A stretch of DNA of 64,000 nucleotides from Promethearchaeota archaeon. GTDB lineage: Archaea; Asgardarchaeota; Thorarchaeia; Thorarchaeales; Thorarchaeaceae. The stretch lies in the NCBI GenBank assembly GCA_014730275.1, contig WJIL01000068.1, positions 87,527-151,526 of the forward strand. Reading direction: 5' to 3'. This document shows positions 57,185 to 64,000 of the stretch, piece by piece. Below the pieces are notes generated by a model, which searched no databases, was not told the DNA's origin, and worked only from the letters and a program-made list of their open reading frames with translations. Position 1 is the first letter of the stretch. Every line of letters starts with the position of its first letter. The translations under genes were made by a program, and so were the position numbers.

Positions 57185-57565
57185 TCAATCATTCTGCCTG
57201 TCATCTTTTCTGGGATGATCTTTGTTATCCTCCCTCATAATCAGGAGTTCCTTTTCGTAGGCTTTCCGATCAGCTTCTGCCATAGCTTTCTTGTATTCTT
57301 CAGTCCGTTCGTACCATGGAGTGAGATAGTACCACTTTCTCGGCTTTGCACCCTTCCTATTGTAGGAGACAGATGTTTCCCCTTTAATCCAGGGAACACG
57401 ATCCACATCGAAGCCTCGTTCGCGAAGTTTCTGGATTGCGGCATCTTCCCCGATATTTCCAAGTAATTTTTCGGATTCACAGGATTGAAGCAGCCTCAAA
57501 AGGGTCTGTTCTACTTCAGGTAGGTTTCGCCATTTTTCTGACATCGATTGCAATGGGCATGACAT
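57185..57565 (-). CDS. Hypothetical small basic protein (weak)
   Basis: 126-aa ORF. Its 5' end overlaps the 3' end of the large downstream gene by 50 nt in another frame. No family recognised. Confidence 0.3.
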   Translation of the reverse strand: MSCPLQSMSEKWRNLPEVEQTLLRLLQSCESEKLLGNIGEDAAIQKLRERGFDVDRVPWIKGETSVSYNRKGAKPRKWYYLTPWYERTEEYKKAMAEADRKAYEKELLIMREDNKDHPRKDDRQND

Positions 57566-59816
57566 TACGGTAAGCCTTTGATGAGGAATTTCGTCTCATC
57601 TCAGGATCATTGTACGCATTGTGGGAAGCAGAAAGGTCTGAAGTTTCAGAAATTCCGAGCACGAAAGACCCCATCCAGTCATCCATCGACGGTGCAGACT
57701 CTTCTTCCAGCATCTGCCACCACGCCTCATCCGTCAGCCTTTCACTCATGGGCCATGCGAACTCATAGTGAGAATACATTGCCCCTCTCGCAAGGAAGAC
57801 CTTATCCTCCTCATTGGGAACCGCAACTAAAATCACCATTGGGTTCCCTGTAGCCTCTTCCAGCACTTTTCCGGACATGGGATCGGTGTGGACATCAGCA
57901 ACCAATGCCGCCCTTCCTCCCTCATTGTAGGTTCCCTCAATGTGCGCCAGTATACCTCCGATGTTCTCAAGCAGGGACCACTCCGTTGCGTTCAAGGGTG
58001 TCTGCGAGAGCTCCTTTTCAGAAATAACTTGGAATTCACGAAGCAGGTCATGCAATCTCACGAGTCGCTCCGTAAAATCATCTACAACAAGACCACGGCT
58101 GTCCAAACCTTGTAGCATCATCCTACACAGGGAGGCAAGCTTGGCATAGAACTTAGGGACGGGTTCTACATATCCAGGAGGGGGATAGGAAGCACCATAT
58201 GTTTGGGAATAGGATTGCTTAGCGTAGAGAATGGTGTCATGTCTCAATTCTGTCCACGTTCCCAAACAAGTCGTAAGCTGTTTGTCAATCCACTGGTCAG
58301 TGAGCATGAAAGAAGGATGACCAAGCTCTGGCTCATCAAGCAAGGTTTTGAAGCTGTAAAGCCATGACCAGTAAAGGCTCTGTGTCCAGTTGCTAAGATT
58401 CAAATCACCATAAGTCTCTTTGAGACGGTTCATCTGCGTGGTATAGTTCAGATAGTCCTTCTGATCATCTAGCAAGTCCCAAGCTCTTTGGGAGCCTAGT
58501 ACAGCCATGACATCTAATGCCTTGGGCATCATTCGATACTTCACTGCTGCATGCGTTAGTTCGCTGAACATGTAGGAGTCCGGGACAAATCGTTGCCCCA
58601 TGAATCGGAGACCCTTGGTGACATTGATGCTTTGCGAATCCCACACCCAACCGGATATAATCTGTGGGCTTCGTGACTCCCTTGCTGTTGCGATGAATGT
58701 CCCAAGTTTCGTTCTATTGCACAGCTCAACGATGTTGACCGGATCATCATATATGGCGTTGAAGATAGTGAGATACTCATCCACCGTGAGGTCATCACTC
58801 GTACTCACAAAGAACGAGGTCGTATCGTATAGTTCTCGCCATAGGCGAAGAGGTGTTTCCCCGTCGATGAATAGATGGCTAGGTTGCTCGAAAGCTCGAC
58901 ACAACAAAACTGCCTGCCCAGTCTCATTCTCAGCCCGTTCTGCGTTCTGCTCCGCTGTGAGCCCGTCGTCATCAGGCTGTACACGGAATGCAACCCGAGA
59001 TAACCACATTATGGTCTTGAAGAATCGTTTCAGGGATTCAGTCCGAGTGTAGTGCCCCCGGGGAATAAACTGACTGAAGTCCAATCGCTGGTTCATGAAC
59101 CAGTCCGTGGTGAATCCCCCGGCGTTTTCTATGAAGTGGAGGGTTTGATAGACCCAACCGGTCACCGGATCAGGAACTGTCCAGTCAGGGTCATGTAGCT
59201 TCGCAGCGACCGAGAAGAAGGCGGCATTCTTCTTTGCAAGGGCCCGCCATAAATCACTCTCCAATAGATTGTACTGATCCAGTGAGACGTTTACCATATG
59301 TCTGGAGAGATTTCCTATGTGGTTCATGAAATGAGTTTCCTCAATTTCCCGTAGGGCAAGGTCATAGAGTACATGATAGGCATGCAGTACAGAATCGGAA
59401 GTCACGAATGAAGGGAGCTCGTAGTCGTCATTCATGCAATATATATCTGCGAACATCTTGAAGTTTGAAGGAACGGCGAAGAAGTAGTGATCAACGATTG
59501 CGTTTCTGGCATTCTCCGGGAGGTAAGAAAAGGAGTCCAGGTTGATAATGTTGGAGAGGTCGGAGTTGATATCATAGGATGAAACGTTAAGAGTAAAATC
59601 TGTTTCATACTCCTCGTAGTCAGCAAACGGCTGAGACTCAAAGCGAATAGGCAATGGGTCCCCAAAAGGCTCATCCACAAAAGAGTCCGCTGACTGATTT
59701 GGTCGAAACAAGCTCCCGATGAGAGCACCTGAAACACCGGATACCGCGATTATTATAGTAATCACAATTGTTATGAATTCGTTGGATTTTCCCTCAAACT
59801 GACCGCGTGGAGACAT
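57516..59816 (-). CDS. Large N-terminally membrane-anchored extracellular protein (766 aa). Size and layout suggest a DUF3160-like family.
   Basis: Single N-terminal TM (FITIVITIIIAVSGVSGALIG), then a 740-aa Trp/Tyr-rich soluble domain. The family assignment is only a recollection of the size class. Confidence 0.55.
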   Translation of the reverse strand: MSPRGQFEGKSNEFITIVITIIIAVSGVSGALIGSLFRPNQSADSFVDEPFGDPLPIRFESQPFADYEEYETDFTLNVSSYDINSDLSNIINLDSFSYLPENARNAIVDHYFFAVPSNFKMFADIYCMNDDYELPSFVTSDSVLHAYHVLYDLALREIEETHFMNHIGNLSRHMVNVSLDQYNLLESDLWRALAKKNAAFFSVAAKLHDPDWTVPDPVTGWVYQTLHFIENAGGFTTDWFMNQRLDFSQFIPRGHYTRTESLKRFFKTIMWLSRVAFRVQPDDDGLTAEQNAERAENETGQAVLLCRAFEQPSHLFIDGETPLRLWRELYDTTSFFVSTSDDLTVDEYLTIFNAIYDDPVNIVELCNRTKLGTFIATARESRSPQIISGWVWDSQSINVTKGLRFMGQRFVPDSYMFSELTHAAVKYRMMPKALDVMAVLGSQRAWDLLDDQKDYLNYTTQMNRLKETYGDLNLSNWTQSLYWSWLYSFKTLLDEPELGHPSFMLTDQWIDKQLTTCLGTWTELRHDTILYAKQSYSQTYGASYPPPGYVEPVPKFYAKLASLCRMMLQGLDSRGLVVDDFTERLVRLHDLLREFQVISEKELSQTPLNATEWSLLENIGGILAHIEGTYNEGGRAALVADVHTDPMSGKVLEEATGNPMVILVAVPNEEDKVFLARGAMYSHYEFAWPMSERLTDEAWWQMLEEESAPSMDDWMGSFVLGISETSDLSASHNAYNDPEMRRNSSSKAYRNVMPIAIDVRKMAKPT

Positions 59817-60018
59817 TTATTCCATCACCACTCGTAAACCTTCGTATAGTAGGGGCACCATTTGAACTCTGTTGTGTATGGTTGGGCACCTCATTTCAGC
59901 GAAAAATCCGAATGAGCTTCGATTGTAGGGGTGAATGGTGATTGATAATTGATGGTTTCTGCTCTTCAAAGCGGATTCAAGTGCGCAAAATACTGTTCAC
60001 AAGAGAATGCGAGACAAA

Positions 60019-60453
60019 TCATTCACTCTGCTTGTTTTGGCAGTCCCCACACATGCCATAGACCTCAAAGCTTCCGCCAGTCACCTTGAAATCGGTGTCT
60101 GCTTCTATTGCATTATTGATATCCCGTAGATTTTCACAGAAGACGTCCTGGATCTTCCCACACATATTGCAGATGAGATTGATATGAGCTTCATCTCGCA
60201 GGTCATATCGGGTTGATTCCTCTTTGAGGGCCATCTCCCTTGCAAGACCAACCTTTGTGAAAATCTGCAGAGTTTTGTATACTGTAGCCAGACTGATAGT
60301 TGGATGCTCTTCTGCAACAGATTCATGGACGGCGGCCACAGTTGGATGCGAATCAGCAGTACGAAGTGCTTCGTAAATGGCCAACCGTTGCGACGTAGCA
60401 CGGTACCCGTTCTCACGGAGGATTCTTGCTACATCTTCCTTCTGCGGCTTCAT
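60019..60453 (-). CDS. fur: Fur/PerR-family metal- or peroxide-responsive transcriptional regulator
   Basis: 144 aa. TSQRLAIYEALRTADSHPTVAAV (DNA-binding helix), HINLICNMCG, C-terminal CGDC. The Fur-family His/Cys pattern. Confidence 0.85.
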   Translation of the reverse strand: MKPQKEDVARILRENGYRATSQRLAIYEALRTADSHPTVAAVHESVAEEHPTISLATVYKTLQIFTKVGLAREMALKEESTRYDLRDEAHINLICNMCGKIQDVFCENLRDINNAIEADTDFKVTGGSFEVYGMCGDCQNKQSE

Positions 60454-60532
60454 GACTGTACAGAGATAAGTATAGGTTCTAATAAGGATTATTAAGAAGG
60501 AAGCTTCCTCAATTAGGAAAATTTATTAAATA

Positions 60533-60556
60533 ATAATTATTATCGATAATTAAGCG
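60533..60556. promoter_or_regulatory. Fur-box-like palindrome (core ATTATCGATAAT) in the divergent fur/peroxiredoxin promoter region
   Basis: Inverted GATAAT hexamers at 60539-60550 within an AT-rich spacer. Confidence 0.45.
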
Positions 60557-60634
60557 ATGCCAAGAACCCAGATCACGAAACCATGTTTCTTGGTAGAGAA
60601 GAAAATACTGTGAAAAAACAGGATGTAACTAAAA

Positions 60635-61300
60635 ATGAGTGAAGTTGAAACTGAAACCAAACCAGAACAACGAAGAATGCTGCTTATTGGTGAAAAGGTG
60701 CCTGATTTTGAAACGAATACTACTGATGGCCCGATTAAATTCAGCGAGTGGGCGAAAGACAGTTGGGTGATTCTCTTTTCACACCCAGCGGACTTTACAC
60801 CGGTATGCACGACCGAATTTATGGCCTTCACCGACATTGAGCCAGAACTGACGGAGCGAAATGTGAAGCTGATTGGACTCAGTGTGGACAGCAACTACAG
60901 TCACATTGCCTGGATCCGTACTATCAAGGAGAAAATGGGTGTCGATGTCCCATTCCCAATCATCGAAGATTTGAGCATGGATGTGGCCCGAAAATACGGC
61001 ATGATTCATCCAGCCCAGAGTGGAACATCCGCGGTCAGAGCGGTTTTCTTCATTGACCCTGACTTCAAGCTGCGCGCGCTGATCTATTACCCGCTTAGTA
61101 ACGGCCGAAACATGCAAGAAATCCTACGTGTGATTGATGCGTTCCAGACCAGCGATGAGCACAGTGTTGCTACTCCTGCGAATTGGGAGCCTGGCCAAGA
61201 AGTTATTGTGCCCCCTCCGAAGACAAAGGAGCAAGCAGAGAAGCGCATGGCAGAAGGTTTCGATTGCAAAGACTGGTTCTTCTGTAAGAAGAAACTGTAG
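60635..61300 (+). CDS. 1-Cys/archaeal-type peroxiredoxin (AhpC/Prx6 family)
   Basis: FTPVCTTE peroxidatic Cys motif, SHPADFTPV, 221 aa. Confidence 0.9.
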   Translation: MSEVETETKPEQRRMLLIGEKVPDFETNTTDGPIKFSEWAKDSWVILFSHPADFTPVCTTEFMAFTDIEPELTERNVKLIGLSVDSNYSHIAWIRTIKEKMGVDVPFPIIEDLSMDVARKYGMIHPAQSGTSAVRAVFFIDPDFKLRALIYYPLSNGRNMQEILRVIDAFQTSDEHSVATPANWEPGQEVIVPPPKTKEQAEKRMAEGFDCKDWFFCKKKL

Positions 61301-61394
61301 ATTACAGTACAAAGACTTCGGGGCCTCTCGCCCCGATTTTACTTTTCTTTTTGACCGAAAGTATCTTAGCGAGAACACAACCCGTTAATCTGTA

Positions 61395-62456
61395 ATGGAA
61401 GAGCGAAGGCCCTACGTCAAAGTGCCCGTACAATCGGGTGAAAGAGTACGTAGCATATTAGCAGATGAAGGGCTATTGGACAACGATTACCGAATAGTTC
61501 GGATTGAAGACAGTCTCTATCTTCCGCTTATCGGCAACGCATCAAAAAACGACGTTGAAGAGACTATTGACCTCGCCGATTACGAATTTGGTACGAGGAA
61601 ATTCGAAACGATTATAGAGGGTCCACGGAGTTTGGAAGAAGCCCTAGAGGACGAACTGGATTCAGAAGAGCTTGAATTGCTTCCTCGAGCTTATGATTTG
61701 GTTGGAGATATCGCGGTATTGGAGATACCCGAAGAGCTAGAGGAATATGACGAAGTAATAGGCCACGCCTTCCTGTCAATCTACCCGCACTTCTCTACGA
61801 TCCTCTCAAAGAAAGGCGCTATTTCCGGTGTCAAAAGGACACGTTCATACAAGTTTCTTGCAGGAGAGAAGAAGACCTCAACGGTTCACACTGAATACGG
61901 GATTGATATGGCTGTAGACCTTTCCAAGGCTTATTTCAGTCCCCGGCTTCTTGAAGAACATCGAAGAGTTGCAGAGCAAGTTCATGACGACGAACTCGTT
62001 GTGGATATGTTCACGGGCGTCGGCCCCTTTGCTCTTCATATTGCAAAACGGACAGCAGCAAAAATCGTAGCGATTGATATTAATCGTGATGCAATCGATC
62101 TTCTTGAGAAGAGTATCGGTCTCAACCGACTGAAAGGGGACATAGAATGCGTCGCGGCTAATGCAGAAGAATATGTTCAATCGCGTTTCCACAAAGATGT
62201 TGATCGAATTATTATGAATCATCCATCTGCAGCAGATGATTATGTAGATGTTGCTTCAAATGCATTGATGCCGGGGGGCATGCTCCATTACTATGAATTC
62301 ATATCTGAGCCGGAGCCAGAGAAAAAGGCACATGACAAGATCACGCGACTAATCAAAGAATCACACCGTCAAGTTGATGAAATCCTCGAGATTCGGAGGG
62401 TTAGAGATAGCGCGCCATACGAGTATCAAATGGCTATTGAGGTGAGGGTTATTTGA
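61395..62456 (+). CDS. trm5: Trm5/TYW2-family SAM-dependent tRNA methyltransferase (Met-10+ like)
   Basis: DMFTGVGPFALHIAK class-I MTase motif, NHP motif, 353 aa. Confidence 0.8.
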   Translation: MEERRPYVKVPVQSGERVRSILADEGLLDNDYRIVRIEDSLYLPLIGNASKNDVEETIDLADYEFGTRKFETIIEGPRSLEEALEDELDSEELELLPRAYDLVGDIAVLEIPEELEEYDEVIGHAFLSIYPHFSTILSKKGAISGVKRTRSYKFLAGEKKTSTVHTEYGIDMAVDLSKAYFSPRLLEEHRRVAEQVHDDELVVDMFTGVGPFALHIAKRTAAKIVAIDINRDAIDLLEKSIGLNRLKGDIECVAANAEEYVQSRFHKDVDRIIMNHPSAADDYVDVASNALMPGGMLHYYEFISEPEPEKKAHDKITRLIKESHRQVDEILEIRRVRDSAPYEYQMAIEVRVI

Positions 62457-62874
62457 ATGTCAGAACACATCGTAATAGCGAGTTCGGGTTCTGCAGCTTG
62501 GTTATGAAGGCCCGATTCAAATTAGACGCAGCCTTGTTAGCCGACACCATCAAAGTGCGATCACACTGATAGTTGCTCGTTCTAGCTACCATACTTGTGC
62601 TATCATCATACGTTAGGCCCTGGGCTCCATGCCCGATTACAGTCTCGGTGTGCCCTTCAACAGTCATTCTAAGCTCAATTACTGTCTCACTTGACTTTAC
62701 TGCAGATTTGATATCTGAACTCAAGTCTGAAAGTGCTAATTCCGCATCTACGCCGACAATACACGTACCTCGGCGGGTCAACTGGTTTTCAGTTGTTAAT
62801 TCAAGAGTTGAATTGTGTTTACCAACGATATTCTTGTGGCCATGAGCAACAAATGATACTCTGAGCATATACAT
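62449..62874 (-). CDS. Small archaeal protein, DUF371-like
   Basis: 141 aa. N-terminal HGHKN...RRGTCIVGVDAE pattern, recalled as DUF371-like. Unverified. Confidence 0.45.
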   Translation of the reverse strand: MYMLRVSFVAHGHKNIVGKHNSTLELTTENQLTRRGTCIVGVDAELALSDLSSDIKSAVKSSETVIELRMTVEGHTETVIGHGAQGLTYDDSTSMVARTSNYQCDRTLMVSANKAASNLNRAFITKLQNPNSLLRCVLTFK

Positions 62875-62915
62875 TGTATTTCGATAATCCTTTTTATGAA
62901 TGAATCTAACACATC

Positions 62916-63602
62916 ATGATTGGAATGCCTGAAGATAATCTACAGAAACAGAAAGAACGCCTGATCAAGCGGTTGAAAAGAGGAGGGTATTTGGAGACAG
63001 AATCTGTCGAAAGAGCATTCAGAGAAGTACCCCGGTCACAATTCCTTCAACCAGGTCATCAGGATGCAGCATATCGAGATACGCCCCAACCAATATCGCA
63101 TGGGCAGACCATATCGGCACCACACATGTGTGTGATAATGTGTGAGAAACTAGATCTTAGAGAGGGGTTGAAAGTCCTAGAGGTTGGCGCGGGTTCAGGG
63201 TATCATGCAGCATTATGTGCCGAACTCGTTGCCCCTGAAGGCGCAGAAAATCCAGGGCATGTGTATACAGTCGAAATTGTAGAACATTTGATAGAATTTG
63301 CGGAGACCAATCTAGAACGGGCAGGATACATGGACAGGGTAACACTGATACATGGAGATGGTGCAAAAGGACTTCCTGATAAAGCTCCTTTCGATAGGAT
63401 ATTGGTAACAGCTGCGGCGCCCGGTATTCCGGATCCTCTGACTGAGCAATTGGATAAAGGGGGCAAGATGCTGATACCAGTTGGAGGAAGAGGGTTCTTT
63501 CAAGAACTCATCAAAGTTAAGAAGGATCAAGATGGAGATATATCCAAAGAGAAATGGGGCGGAGTCGCGTTTGTACCACTTACAGGCGAATTTGGGGCCT
63601 AA
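62916..63602 (+). CDS. pcm: Protein-L-isoaspartate O-methyltransferase
   Basis: VLEVGAGSGY SAM motif, QTISAPHM, overall PIMT pattern. Confidence 0.9.
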   Translation: MIGMPEDNLQKQKERLIKRLKRGGYLETESVERAFREVPRSQFLQPGHQDAAYRDTPQPISHGQTISAPHMCVIMCEKLDLREGLKVLEVGAGSGYHAALCAELVAPEGAENPGHVYTVEIVEHLIEFAETNLERAGYMDRVTLIHGDGAKGLPDKAPFDRILVTAAAPGIPDPLTEQLDKGGKMLIPVGGRGFFQELIKVKKDQDGDISKEKWGGVAFVPLTGEFGA

Positions 63603-63606
63603 GGCA

Positions 63607-64000
63607 TTACGTGGCTTTGTGCAGAGGAATTACGCGGAGTTCGATTTCGTCTTCATCCTCTAGGTCTAGAGCATCTCTGAGCTTCACAGGTGCAATGACC
63701 TCAAGAATATCTGGGCTGTGATGAGTGCGCTGGGCAATAACGATTGCGCCCTCAATGCGATCCTCTATCCGCGCGCGGTAGCAGATAACATCACCAAAAG
63801 TGCGATCTTTGTGACTGAATCCAGGCACGACCAAAGGAGTGCTGTGTTTCATTCGCTTTACTGCCTGTCGAGACATTTCGCCCGTTACTCTCACATTTAA
63901 CGTTCCAGAATACGGTTCAAAACCGAGTGCCTTTTTGAAACGAGGGGCGTACATATCAACATAGTATGCTCCTTCGCCAATACCATCTACAACCTCGCCC
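63607..64000 (-). CDS. ribK: CTP-dependent riboflavin kinase (archaeal RibK), 5' end beyond the window
   Basis: LGFEPYSGTLNV and GAIVIAQRTHHSPDILEVIAPVKLR match the MJ0056-type RibK. The reading frame continues to the window edge. Confidence 0.8.
   Translation of the reverse strand, partial: GEVVDGIGEGAYYVDMYAPRFKKALGFEPYSGTLNVRVTGEMSRQAVKRMKHSTPLVVPGFSHKDRTFGDVICYRARIEDRIEGAIVIAQRTHHSPDILEVIAPVKLRDALDLEDEDEIELRVIPLHKAT

Noticed and set aside
1-64000. Search for CRISPR arrays, transposases, integrases and toxin-antitoxin or defence-island genes
   Set aside because: No direct-repeat arrays, DDE/tyrosine recombinase motifs or nuclease/helicase defence signatures were seen. The window appears to be core chromosome.

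Overview
This window is a 64-kb archaeal chromosomal segment with moderate GC (about 45% by eye). No transposase, integrase or CRISPR array is visible; it carries core housekeeping and energy-metabolism genes. The gene content reads as archaeal throughout: an A/V-type ATPase (atpF-atpA...atpB), SRP54, ribosomal proteins L10e, L35Ae and S8e, deoxyhypusine synthase, SMC-ScpA-ScpB, HypA/HypE, ADP-forming acetyl-CoA synthetase, an A24 prepilin peptidase, and a tRNA with a non-canonical intron. Several eukaryote-like or Asgard-like signatures are also present: multiple Roadblock/LC7 paralogs, an MglA-type small GTPase, a Sec23/24-trunk-like zinc-ribbon + vWA protein, and an RqcH/NEMF homolog.

Two loci stand out.

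(1) Positions 36.1-45.2 kb hold a tightly packed, single-strand nine-gene unit: hdrA-mvhD-mvhG-mvhA-hydrogenase protease-hdrC-hdrB-sdhB-like-sdhA-like. It joins a complete H2:heterodisulfide bifurcating module (MvhADG/HdrABC) to an unfused fumarate-reductase-like flavoprotein/Fe-S pair. A separate fused thiol:fumarate reductase TfrAB lies immediately downstream, and class I fumarase immediately upstream. I interpret the nine-gene unit as a candidate H2-driven, possibly flavin-based electron-bifurcating fumarate reductase supercomplex.

(2) Positions 19.9-24.2 kb hold a GTPase/Roadblock polarity-type module (mglA-mglB) expanded with three more Roadblock paralogs and a 543-aa zinc-finger + vWA (Sec23/24-like) protein.

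Other oddities:
- The A-type ATPase operon is interrupted by a family-4 uracil-DNA glycosylase gene and a membrane-protein gene, and lacks atpC/E/D locally.
- pyrI is an orphan, with no pyrB nearby.
- A perfect 11-bp inverted repeat sits in the atpB leader.
- A Fur-box-like palindrome sits between divergent fur/perR and peroxiredoxin genes.
- A tRNA-Met(CAU) carries an intron of about 28 nt in the T-loop.
- A 477-bp structured non-coding spacer lies upstream of hdrA.

All calls are from reading the translated ORFs and DNA motifs by eye. No database search was run.
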